From assembly GCA_947459215.1 (NCBI GenBank), contig CANHCQ010000005.1:83467-147466 (forward strand): a DNA stretch of 64,000 nt. Reading direction: 5' to 3'. Origin of the DNA: Phycisphaerales bacterium. GTDB taxonomy: Bacteria > Planctomycetota > Phycisphaerae > Phycisphaerales > UBA1924. The translations under genes and the position numbers were made by a program. Below are positions 9,151-17,389 of the stretch, piece by piece. The number at the start of each line of letters is the position of its first letter. Position 1 is the stretch's first letter. The notes beneath the pieces are model-generated. The model saw nothing but the letters and a program-made list of their open reading frames with translations. It made no database searches and was not told where the DNA came from.

Positions 9151-10869
9151 ATGCGCCAATCTCGCCGCCGTTCGCTCCCGCTCTCCGCACTAGCACTCGG
9201 CATGTTCCTCGCGTCCGGGATGGCCTCCACCTCCGCACAGTGGGACCCTGCGAATCGCCAATGGGGCAAGACCGACCCCGATGATCTCCGCGTCGTCGCG
9301 TTCAACGTCCGTGATCGGCTCTGCTCCACTATTGCGAAGCAACAGGCCGCCAACCCGTGGACAGCGATCGTGGTGCAGATCGCCGCGCTACGACCCGATG
9401 TCGTCATTTTCACCGAGTGCGGCGACAACTCCGGCAACGGCTCCGGAAGCGCTCAGGGTTACAACACCGTTGACACCATCCAACGCCTCACCGACACCTG
9501 CAACTACTTCATGCGCGGCGGCACCGACGCGTACGTGACCGGCAACCCCGCCGTCACCTCCTACGTCACCAAGTTCGCGACGCCCGGGTACGACCTGCCC
9601 TTCGTCTACGTCTCCGATCAGACCGACAACTTCAACCGCAACGTCGTCATGTCGCGCTTCCCACTCGTGGACCTCAACGGCGACGGACGCAGTTCCATCG
9701 GGACCTTCAACCTCGCGTCAGATGCCCTCGCCCCCTGGTACACCGCAGGCAATGCCGGTATCCGCGGGTTCATCTTCTCCGAGATCAACCTGCCCGACGA
9801 TCGCTACGGCGGCGACCTGGTCTTCGGCGGCGCGCACCTCAAGTCCGGCAGCACCGCCAGCGACTTCACCGAGCGCCTGCAGGCCTCGCAGCGCATCGCG
9901 TACTACATCGACGCGATCTTCAACGGCCTCGGCGGCTCGACCCCCGACCCCCGCACCCGCAGCAGCGCCTTCCCCCGACCCAACAAGGTGCTCACCGCCA
10001 AGACCCCCGTCATCTGGGGCGGCGACTTCAACGAGGACGAGTTCACCAACGCGAGCGACGGCCCAACTCTGTGGATGACCCGCGCTCAACTCCTCAGCCC
10101 CTCCACCGACGGCACCGACCGCGACCGCTCCGACAGCTCGTTCGACGACTCGCGTGACCCCTTCAACACCGGCTCGCGGCTCACCATTGGCACCAGCGGC
10201 AACACCAAGTTCGACTACATCTGCTGGCAGGACTCGATCGCCACCCTCCGCCGTTCCTTCGTCTTCCGGGCCAGCACGATGCCCAGCACCGCGACGCCGA
10301 CGGAGTTCAGCAACTACCCCGCACTCTACACCAACATCGCCGGAGCCTCGGACCATCGGCCAGTTGTCGCCGACTTCATCCTGCCCCTGCCCGATCTCGC
10401 CAGCGGCCACACGCTGATCAGCCCGGCGACCGCGGCGGAGAACCTCGGCACCTCGCAGTCGCTGTCCTGGACGCTGGGACAGCGCGTCACCGATTACACT
10501 GTCGTTCTGTCCACCAACTCCGACCTGTCCGCGCCGATCCTCACGCAGATCGTCGCAAGCATCGGCCCCGCCACGATCGCGGTCCCCACGAACCTGCTCT
10601 CGTACTGCGGCACCTACTACTGGACCGTCCGCGCCAACAACCGCGCCGGCGCGGCCAACTCGCCCAGCGGCGTCTGGTCGTTCCGCATCCGCGGCCTCAC
10701 GGACCTCAACGCCGACGGATTCGTCGACGACACCGACTTTGTCCTCTTCGCCGATGCCTACAACGAGTTCCTCTCGAGCGTCGGCGACTTCAACGGCGAC
10801 ACCTTCACCGACGACTCCGACTTCGTCATCTTCGCCGCTGGCTACGAGCAACTCATCGCTTGCCCGTGA
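9151..10869 (+). CDS. Secreted EEP-family (endonuclease/exonuclease/phosphatase) protein with a C-terminal tandem dockerin-like module
   Basis: Signal peptide MRQSRRRSLPLSALALGMFLASGMASTSA. EEP stretches VVAFNVRD...VVIFTECGD...WGGDFNEDE...ASDHRPVVADF. C-terminus DLNADGFVDDTDFVLFADAYNEFL...DFNGDTFTDDSDFVIFAAGYEQLIACP. Confidence 0.75.
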   Translation: MRQSRRRSLPLSALALGMFLASGMASTSAQWDPANRQWGKTDPDDLRVVAFNVRDRLCSTIAKQQAANPWTAIVVQIAALRPDVVIFTECGDNSGNGSGSAQGYNTVDTIQRLTDTCNYFMRGGTDAYVTGNPAVTSYVTKFATPGYDLPFVYVSDQTDNFNRNVVMSRFPLVDLNGDGRSSIGTFNLASDALAPWYTAGNAGIRGFIFSEINLPDDRYGGDLVFGGAHLKSGSTASDFTERLQASQRIAYYIDAIFNGLGGSTPDPRTRSSAFPRPNKVLTAKTPVIWGGDFNEDEFTNASDGPTLWMTRAQLLSPSTDGTDRDRSDSSFDDSRDPFNTGSRLTIGTSGNTKFDYICWQDSIATLRRSFVFRASTMPSTATPTEFSNYPALYTNIAGASDHRPVVADFILPLPDLASGHTLISPATAAENLGTSQSLSWTLGQRVTDYTVVLSTNSDLSAPILTQIVASIGPATIAVPTNLLSYCGTYYWTVRANNRAGAANSPSGVWSFRIRGLTDLNADGFVDDTDFVLFADAYNEFLSSVGDFNGDTFTDDSDFVIFAAGYEQLIACP

Positions 10870-10910
10870 ACGGTCGCTCTGACGGCGCTCGCACCGCTAT
10901 TTGAACACGG

Positions 10911-11561
10911 TCATCCGTGGACAAACGGGTTCCCGACGCGTTCGCGCTCGACCGTCGTCGTCGGGCCATGGCCCGGGAAGCACTTGGTCGCGCCCGGCAA
11001 CGCGTAGATCTTCGAGCGAATGCTCAGCTCCAGTTCCTCGAAACTGCAGCCCGGAAAGTCTGTCCGCCCGATCGATCCCGCGAACAACGCATCACCCACA
11101 AACGCGACGCCGTGGCGAACCGAAGCCAGCGTGATGCTCCCGGGTGAGTGCCCCGGCGTGTGCAACACGTCCCACGGCCCGCCCGGAAGGTCGAGCACGT
11201 TGCCTTCCGCCAGCGCCCGATCGTACGGCGGCGCGGTTACCGGCATGCCGCCCAGCGCGCTGAGGTTCAGTTCCGAATTCACCAGCCACTCCGTCTCTCG
11301 CTCGTGGATCCACAGCGGCAGCTCGGGGAAGGCCCGCTTGACGGCGTGCGCCCCCGCGATGTGGTCGATGTGGGCGTGCGTGAACACCAGCGCCCGAGGC
11401 GTGAGCCCCTCGCGCCGAACCGCCTGCACAATCGCCTCGCCTCCGAAACTCGCGTCCACGATGAAGCAGTCCGGTGAACCGTCAACCGACACGATGTAGC
11501 AGTTGGTCGCAAACGGCCCGAGCGTGAGCGACGCGATCTTCAGCCGTGCCTCGCCGCTCAT
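10911..11561 (-). CDS. MBL-fold metallo-hydrolase (hydroxyacylglutathione hydrolase-like)
   Basis: HxHxDH motif (THAHIDHIAG) and further metal ligands (HTPGHSPG, GDALFAGSIGRTD). Overlaps lspA by 4 nt. Confidence 0.8.
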   Translation of the reverse strand: MSGEARLKIASLTLGPFATNCYIVSVDGSPDCFIVDASFGGEAIVQAVRREGLTPRALVFTHAHIDHIAGAHAVKRAFPELPLWIHERETEWLVNSELNLSALGGMPVTAPPYDRALAEGNVLDLPGGPWDVLHTPGHSPGSITLASVRHGVAFVGDALFAGSIGRTDFPGCSFEELELSIRSKIYALPGATKCFPGHGPTTTVERERVGNPFVHG

Positions 11562-12220
11562 GCCTTCGCCTCCACGCCGACGTCACGCCCGGTGTCGCTC
11601 CGCCACGCGTGCCACAAGAGCAGCACAATTCCGATCAGCAGCAACGCATCGGCGACGTTCGACACATAGGGCCAGACCTCCCGCGTCGACCCGGGCCAAC
11701 GCACCCGGGGCAGCGGATGGATGAAGTCGCGCACGCAGCCGTAGAAGAAGCGGTCGTACAGATTGCCCAGCCCCCCGGCAAGGATGAGGCCCAGGCCAAT
11801 GTGGGCGGCACGGTCCCGCGCCCGCGTCGCGAGCACAAAGACGCCCAGCCCAAACGCCACCGCGATCACGGTGACGACGATGAAGAACCCCACCCGTCCC
11901 GCCCCGATGCCAAAGACCGCCCCGGGGTTGAGCACCAAAGTGAAGTTCAGCAGGTTCGGAGCGATCACCCGCGGCGTATGCGGCGGGATGAGCAGCGACA
12001 GGGGCGAGGTAGCGAGTGCCTGCTCACGGGTGAACGTGACCGGAGTGCCCGCGATCGTGCCGAAGGCCCAGTACTTTGTCCAGAGGTCCGACGCCAGCCC
12101 GACAGCGATCACACCCAGGAACAGCATCCACGCGCCGATCGAGCGGCGAGCGGGCCGCAACGCCATCGGCGTCGCCGCGGCGTGTTCACGATGCACGGAC
12201 GCTGTGGGCTCGCTGGACAT
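11558..12220 (-). CDS. lspA: Lipoprotein signal peptidase (signal peptidase II)
   Basis: Conserved LspA boxes DLWTKYWAF, NPGAVFGIG, GGLGNLYDR, VRDFIH, FNVAD in a 4-TM protein. Confidence 0.85.
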   Translation of the reverse strand: MSSEPTASVHREHAAATPMALRPARRSIGAWMLFLGVIAVGLASDLWTKYWAFGTIAGTPVTFTREQALATSPLSLLIPPHTPRVIAPNLLNFTLVLNPGAVFGIGAGRVGFFIVVTVIAVAFGLGVFVLATRARDRAAHIGLGLILAGGLGNLYDRFFYGCVRDFIHPLPRVRWPGSTREVWPYVSNVADALLLIGIVLLLWHAWRSDTGRDVGVEAKA

Positions 12221-12247
12221 GAGCGATGGCGGATCAATCTCAACCGA

Positions 12248-13030
12248 TCAAGGACGCGACATCTGCTGGCGCTCCAGCATGCGGGCCGCGTCGATGGTGT
12301 ACCGGGCCCACGGGAGTTCCTCAAGACGATCAGCTTTGATCGGCTTGCCGGTCAGCTCGCAGATACCGAAGGTGCCTTCGGCGATCCGCTTCAACGCGTC
12401 CTCGATTTCCTTGATCAGCTTGCGATCCGCCGCCGCGAGATCGAGCGAGAGCGACTGGTCGAACGCATCGGTGCCCTGCTCAGCGATGTGCTGAGGCAGG
12501 TTCGATAGCGAGCCCGACGATCCGCGGAGAGCTTCGTGCTCCATTGTCGAGACGTCGCCGATCAGTTCCGCACGCTTGCGGATCAGGATCTGCTTGTAGT
12601 GCTCGAGCTGTTCCTTGTTGAACGGCGTCTTGGCCTTGATCTCGGGCATCTCGGTCTCTTGCACGCCGCCCTGATAGCCGAGCGGAACACCCGAGCCCTT
12701 GAGCGTGGGTCCCGACGGAATGAGCGGCTTGCGAACCTTCCCGGCGCCGAGCAGACTGCCAGCGAGGTTTGCGATCGCCGAAGGCACCGAAGGCTTGGGC
12801 TTTCCCTTCTTCAGCGGCTTGGCGTCGACGATGGTGATGCCCTTGCGCACGGCCTTTGCCGGAGCGGGCGCCGGCGTCTTGGAGGCCTTGGCGTCCTTGA
12901 CGGGCTTCGCGGGTGGCTTCGCAGCCGGCTTGGCGGCGGGCTTCGCTGGCTTGGGCGCTGGCTTCTTCGCGACCGGCTTCAAGGGTTTCGCGGCGGCTTT
13001 GGATTTGGGCTTCGCGGTCTTCTTCGACAC
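12248..13030 (-). CDS. DksA/TraR-family transcription factor with a long N-terminal lysine/alanine/proline-rich (histone H1-like) tail
   Basis: GTG start at 13030 preceded by ggagga. N-terminus SKKTAKPKSKAAAKPLKPVAKKPAPKPAKPAAKPAAKPPAKPVKDAK. DksA-like core EQLEHYKQILIRKRAELIGDV...FGICELTGKPIKADRLEELPWARYTIDAARMLE (a single Cys; zinc-finger-less variant). Confidence 0.7.
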   Translation of the reverse strand: MSKKTAKPKSKAAAKPLKPVAKKPAPKPAKPAAKPAAKPPAKPVKDAKASKTPAPAPAKAVRKGITIVDAKPLKKGKPKPSVPSAIANLAGSLLGAGKVRKPLIPSGPTLKGSGVPLGYQGGVQETEMPEIKAKTPFNKEQLEHYKQILIRKRAELIGDVSTMEHEALRGSSGSLSNLPQHIAEQGTDAFDQSLSLDLAAADRKLIKEIEDALKRIAEGTFGICELTGKPIKADRLEELPWARYTIDAARMLERQQMSRP

Positions 13031-13166
13031 TTGGATCCTCCGCCCGGAAATAGTCGCGTCGCGCGACCGGACCCGGCGGCAGAAGACCGCCAAGGCCCAA
13101 CTTACAGGACGCGAAGGGTAGGCAAATGAGCGGGGCGGTCAAACGGAACACGTGGCCGCACGCGGG

Positions 13167-13210
13167 CCAAAAAAAGAGCCGCCGAGCGATACACCACGAC
13201 GCTCGGCGGC
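13167..13210 (-). terminator. Strong intrinsic terminator oriented on the minus strand, located upstream of the DksA-like gene. It may end a small RNA or act as a leader attenuator.
   Basis: Minus-strand reading: gccgccgagcg-tcgtggtgtat-cgctcggcggc followed by tcttttttt. No annotated minus-strand gene lies upstream of it within the 330-bp gap to nth. Confidence 0.45.
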
Positions 13211-13540
13211 CCAAATAGCAGGGGAACACGATTGTCTGAAGACAGGCCGCCGCGAAGTGGCACCGCGAGAATCCAAGCCTTCGACGCAAACCGCCAAGCG
13301 GCTGCGTCAAGCTACCGGCGACTCGCACCGGGCGGACCAACATGCAACGGGATGTCTTGTCTCTCCAATCCCCCTCGGACGGGGAGGCAGTCCTTTGCCA
13401 TGCGATATTGTCGCGGAACCCGGCCGCCCGGTCAATCAGAAACGCTCGCCGAACAAAGAGTTATATGTTATTCGGACCGCCGGGCGACGCCGCGGACCCG
13501 TAGACATTCCGGCCCCCCAGATTCGACGCTACGTTCCGCC

Positions 13541-14251
13541 ATGGCCCCGCCCCCCCGTCCAACCCCACGCGTGACCCACCAGGCCAGAGCGCGGGCTCTG
13601 AAGCTTGCCGATGCGCTGCGGGCCCAGTACGCGGACGCCCACTGCGAACTCGTCTTCAAGAACCCCTTGCAGTTACTGGTCGCGACGATCCTGTCAGCCC
13701 AGGCGACCGATGTGAGCGTCAACAAGGTCACACCTGCCTTGTTCGCGGCCTTTCCGACCGCCGAAGCGTTTGCGCGAGCGACACCCGCTGAGATCGAGCC
13801 GTTCATCCGGTCCATCGGGCTCTTTCGCAGCAAGGCCAAGTCGATTCATGATTCCTGCAAAACGCTCGTCGAACGCTTCGGAGGTGAGGTGCCGCGCTCC
13901 ATGGACGAGCTGCTGCAGCTCCGCGGCGTGGCCCGCAAAACAGCGAACGTGGTGCTCGGAAATTGCTTCAACATCAACGTCGGGTTCGTGGTGGACACGC
14001 ACATTCAGCGTCTGGCGGTTCGTTTTGGCCTTGCAAAGCCGGGCGAGAATCCCCAGAAGATCGAGCAACGACTCATGGCGCTATTGCCACAGGAGCGCTG
14101 GTGCGAGCTCAGTCACCAGTTCATCTGGCACGGGCGCCGGGCGTGCAAAGCCCGAGGGGTCGCGTGCGGAGAGCACCCGATCTGCAGCGCATTCGGCAAG
14201 GCGTGCGAGTTGCGTGTGTCGGCCAAGAAGAAGCGCACCCGATCGCGCTAA
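13541..14251 (+). CDS. nth: Endonuclease III (DNA glycosylase/AP lyase)
   Basis: HhH-GPD signature LLQLRGVARKTANVVL and the FeS cluster loop CxxxxxxCxxCxxxxxC (CKARGVACGEHPICSAFGKAC). ATG at 13541 in frame with ORF 13232..14251. Confidence 0.85.
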   Translation: MAPPPRPTPRVTHQARARALKLADALRAQYADAHCELVFKNPLQLLVATILSAQATDVSVNKVTPALFAAFPTAEAFARATPAEIEPFIRSIGLFRSKAKSIHDSCKTLVERFGGEVPRSMDELLQLRGVARKTANVVLGNCFNINVGFVVDTHIQRLAVRFGLAKPGENPQKIEQRLMALLPQERWCELSHQFIWHGRRACKARGVACGEHPICSAFGKACELRVSAKKKRTRSR

Positions 14252-14266
14252 CCGGAATACCCCGGG

Positions 14267-14635
14267 TCACTTCTCGATTGGACGCAAAAGCTTCGGGTCC
14301 ATCGGGATCGGCGTCCACGACGCGATGCCCTGAGCAGACCGAGGTCCGTCGTGCGGGGTGACATAGTCGATCGCGCCGTTCTCGAAGAGGCGGTAGAGGT
14401 AGACCTTGCCATTCCGTTCACCGGAGGCGAAGCCGATGACCTTCCATGGGTCCACAACCCTTGGGACGTAGACGAGCAGGCCATCGGGGTCGATGTATCC
14501 GGCGGGTTGCTCTCGGGCAACGCCGAGCATCGAGGCGCCCCCGAACGTCACGCCAAGCGCGGCCGCGACGCCCAGGGCAAGACCAGTGGCAAAGCCGGAC
14601 CGACCGATGAAACGACGACGCTTGGTCAATGGCAT
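14267..14635 (-). CDS. Small hypothetical protein with a twin-arginine (Tat)-type signal peptide
   Basis: MPLTKRRRFIGRSGFATGLALGVAAALG resembles an RR-motif Tat signal. No recognisable domain. Confidence 0.4.
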   Translation of the reverse strand: MPLTKRRRFIGRSGFATGLALGVAAALGVTFGGASMLGVAREQPAGYIDPDGLLVYVPRVVDPWKVIGFASGERNGKVYLYRLFENGAIDYVTPHDGPRSAQGIASWTPIPMDPKLLRPIEK

Positions 14636-14967
14636 GAAGCGACTCCCGTGCCGCTCGCCTCTCGATGCGAGCGGTCACCGCAACTATTGAAGCAGGTTTC
14701 GGGGGTCCGAAGTTCGTACGGATTGGAATGACGCGGCACTGGGCCCGTCAGGTCGGATGGCCTTCGGGCGGTCCAGCGACGGGGAGGGGGGCAGGAGAGA
14801 GTCGCCGCATCAAATCGTGCCAGCGGACCCCGGTCGACGCGGAGGCGTGGAGGCTGCTACACTTCTGCTGATTCAGGTTCTCAGCTCCCGGTAGTCGGGG
14901 GCCGTTCAGGATCGCCGACGCTTTCTCTGCCCGAGTTCAAGCACCGGTTTCAATTTCTCAAGGGCAG

Positions 14968-15396
14968 ATGGATTCGCGTATGAAGCTCTATGTCGGCAAC
15001 CTTTCTTTCCAGACTTCCGAGGCCGAGCTGCGTTCGCTCTTCGAGGCGCACGGCGAGGTTTCCTCGGCGTCGCTCGTGATGGACCGCGAAACCGGCCGTC
15101 CGCGCGGTTTCGGCTTCGTCGAGATGCCCAACGATGAACAGGCCAAGGCTGCGATCAACGCGATCAACGGCCAGAACTTCGGCGGTCGCGACCTGACCGT
15201 CAACGAGGCTCGCCCGCGTGAGGCCGGCGGCGGCGGCGGCGGTCGTGGTGGCTTCGGCGGCGGCGGCGGTGGCGGTCGCGGCGGCTTCGGCGGCCGTGGC
15301 GGCGGCGGTCGCGGCGGCTTCGGTGGCGGCGGTGGCGGCGGCGGCGGTGGTGGCTTCGGCGGCGGCGGTCGCGGTGGCGATCGCGGCGGCTGGTAA
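14968..15396 (+). CDS. RRM-type RNA-binding protein with a Gly/Arg-rich (RGG/GGF) C-terminal tail
   Basis: RNP-2 motif (LYVGNL) and RNP-1 motif (RGFGFVEM). The C-terminus is encoded by GGC-rich repeats. An alternative start is the ATG at 14980. Confidence 0.8.
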   Translation: MDSRMKLYVGNLSFQTSEAELRSLFEAHGEVSSASLVMDRETGRPRGFGFVEMPNDEQAKAAINAINGQNFGGRDLTVNEARPREAGGGGGGRGGFGGGGGGGRGGFGGRGGGGRGGFGGGGGGGGGGGFGGGGRGGDRGGW

Positions 15397-15433
15397 TCAA
15401 CCCGCTCGTCTCTGATCAGTCAGAGTGAACGCA

Positions 15434-15466
15434 AGGCCCGGAGCAATCCGGGCCTTGTTCTTTTTG
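15434..15466 (+). terminator. Rho-independent terminator after the RRM protein gene
   Basis: aggcccgg-agcaat-ccgggcct followed by tgttctttttg. Confidence 0.55.
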
Positions 15467-15593
15467 TCCGGGGACGAAGCTCGCGTGCGATCCGTCGCGC
15501 CCGACGCTGTTGACATTGGCAGAACAAACGACACAAACGCGGCAGACCAAGGATCTGCGCGTCGATCAGTGCGAACCAGCGGCGTATCGGAAA

Positions 15594-15668
15594 TGCCGAG
15601 GGGCGGACTCGAACCGCCGACCTCCGGGTTATGAATCCAGCGCTCTAAACCAGCTGAGCTACCTCGGC
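15594..15668 (-). tRNA. tRNA-Met (anticodon CAT). Elongator type with G1:C72; it could alternatively be lysidine-modified tRNA-Ile2.
   Basis: Minus-strand sequence gccgaggtagctcagctggtttagagcgctggattcataacccggaggtcggcggttcgagtccgcccctcggca folds as a cloverleaf: D stem gctc/gagc, T arm ggcgg-ttcgagt-ccgcc, anticodon loop ttCATaa. No encoded CCA. Confidence 0.85.
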
Positions 15669-15716
15669 TTCGGGCGGGAGTGTATGCCGCCTTTTGGTCG
15701 GAGACACGTTCGGCAA

Positions 15717-16058
15717 CTAGTGGCTGTCGCGGTTGTCGTCGCGTGGAGCGACGCGTTCACCCTCGCGGGGACGCGAGTCGTACGAGCCTGACGGCCCGGA
15801 CTGCAGCGGAGCACGGGGCCGATCGTCGACATAGGGGTCGCGGCCCCCACGTTCAGCGTCGCGCCGACGCTGACGATCCTCGGCCTCGTTCACTTCCTCG
15901 TCGATGCCCTTGAGGCCCTTCTTGAACTCGACGATGCTGCGACCGACGTTGCGTCCGACCTCGGGCAGACGACGGCCGAAGAAGAGCAATCCGATCACCA
16001 GCAAAATGATCAGGTGTCCGGGAGCGAGCAGATCGTTGAGAAAGGCAAGGGCCGTCAT
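15717..16058 (-). CDS. tatA: Twin-arginine translocase subunit TatA/E
   Basis: N-terminal TM helix plus amphipathic helix LIILLVIGLLFFGRRLPEVGRNVGRSIVEFKKGLKG, followed by a charged tail. Confidence 0.8.
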   Translation of the reverse strand: MTALAFLNDLLAPGHLIILLVIGLLFFGRRLPEVGRNVGRSIVEFKKGLKGIDEEVNEAEDRQRRRDAERGGRDPYVDDRPRAPLQSGPSGSYDSRPREGERVAPRDDNRDSH

Positions 16059-16362
16059 GGGTACCTCGGCGTGTCAGACGGGGCAGCCGTGCCCCGATGG
16101 ATTCCGAACGAAACGGGATGTCGAAATGATAGAACCAGTACCGATCCAGACGCGGGAAGGTGCAAGGGTTTGATCCTCGCGGGATGCGGGCCACGAAAAG
16201 GCGTGGTTTACTGAAATCGCGGCGGGCTTACCCAGCGAGCCGGGGCGTCCTCGCCCCGTGCGGTAGGGCATGCGGGTACCGAGAATGTGAACGGAAACTG
16301 CACCGGAGCGAGGACGCATCCGCTCGCAGTAACCGTGAGGCGGGCTGGCCGGTCCCCGGCGT

Positions 16363-17280
16363 CTAGCGCGACGCGTGCTCTGCGGATTGCACCACGTTCT
16401 CGAGCAGCATCGCGACCGTGACGGGGCCGACGCCGCCGGGTACGGGGCTCAGGTGCGACGCCACGGCTTTCACCCGTTCGAAGTCGACATCGCCGACGGT
16501 TTTCATTTTGCCGTCGACGCCCTTGACGCGGTTGACGCCGACGTCGATGACGATCGCGCCGGGCTTGACCATGTCGGCGGTGATGAGCCCGGGCACGCCG
16601 GCGGCGGCGATCAGCACGTCGGCGGCGCGGGCGATCTCGGCCAATCCCGGGGTGTACTTGTTGCAGGAGACGACGGTCGCGTCCTGACGCATGAGCAACA
16701 CGGCGATGGGCTTGCCGACAACATCGCTGGCCCCCACCACCACCGCTCGCTTGCCGCGGAGCAAGGGGCCGTGAGGCGAGTCGATGCCGAGTATGCCAGT
16801 CGCCGTATCGGGGACGACGGACTCGATCATCTTGATGACCGCAAGCCCGGTGCACGGGGCGAGGCTCGATCGCCCGTAGACGATGTTGCCGATGTTGGCC
16901 GGATTCACGCCCTCGACGTCTTTCTCGGGGGTGATCAAACGCTGCACGCGATACGCCTCAACACCTTCCGGCAGCGGCAGGTGGAGCATGATGGCGTGGA
17001 CGTTGTCCTCGGTGTTGAGCAGGAGCACGCGGCCGGCAATGTCGTCGTACACCGAGCCCGCGGGGAGCAGGTGAAGCTTGTACTCGATGCCCAGCCCGGC
17101 GCACGTCTTGGCCTGGTTGTCGGCGTAGACCCGGGCGGCGGAGTCGCCGGAATCGACCAGAACGGCGTCGAGGCGCACGACCCGGCCGCGGGACCGAAGA
17201 GCCTGCACCCGCTCGCTCAGACCCGAACGGATGCGGGCGGAGAGGGCGATGCCGTCGATGAGCTGGGCGGTGGACGTCAT
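16363..17280 (-). CDS. folD: Bifunctional methylenetetrahydrofolate dehydrogenase/cyclohydrolase
   Basis: FolD signatures: LHLPLP, PCTGLAVIKMIE, AVVVGASDVVGKPIAVLL, PVPGGVGPVTVAMLL. Confidence 0.9.
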   Translation of the reverse strand: MTSTAQLIDGIALSARIRSGLSERVQALRSRGRVVRLDAVLVDSGDSAARVYADNQAKTCAGLGIEYKLHLLPAGSVYDDIAGRVLLLNTEDNVHAIMLHLPLPEGVEAYRVQRLITPEKDVEGVNPANIGNIVYGRSSLAPCTGLAVIKMIESVVPDTATGILGIDSPHGPLLRGKRAVVVGASDVVGKPIAVLLMRQDATVVSCNKYTPGLAEIARAADVLIAAAGVPGLITADMVKPGAIVIDVGVNRVKGVDGKMKTVGDVDFERVKAVASHLSPVPGGVGPVTVAMLLENVVQSAEHASR

Positions 17281-17389
17281 GCGGCGGGATCATATCGGGC
17301 GGGGCGGAGCCGCCGACGCCCCCACTTTACAAGTGCACCGGAGTTTGGCAGAATGCCTCGACAGGAGTCTGGACACGAAAGGGGTGTGT

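Noticed and set aside
12480-13343. 287-aa ORF overlapping the DksA-like gene region in another frame
   Set aside because: Low-complexity Arg/Ala/Gly-rich translation. The DksA-like frame has a clear RBS and domain.
15200-15400. GGC/GGT-rich repetitive DNA
   Set aside because: Not a CRISPR or a non-coding repeat. It encodes the Gly/Arg-rich tail of the RRM protein (RGGFGGGGG repeats). The antisense ORFs 15200..15400 and 15218..15415 are artefacts.
9071-15450. Additional occurrences of GAGCAATCC(AT) outside the two MITE copies (9071..9081 and 15441..15449)
   Set aside because: Short matches that fall in terminator regions, without the flanking TIRs of the MITE-like element. Likely chance or unrelated hairpin loops, although a genome-wide count could revisit this.
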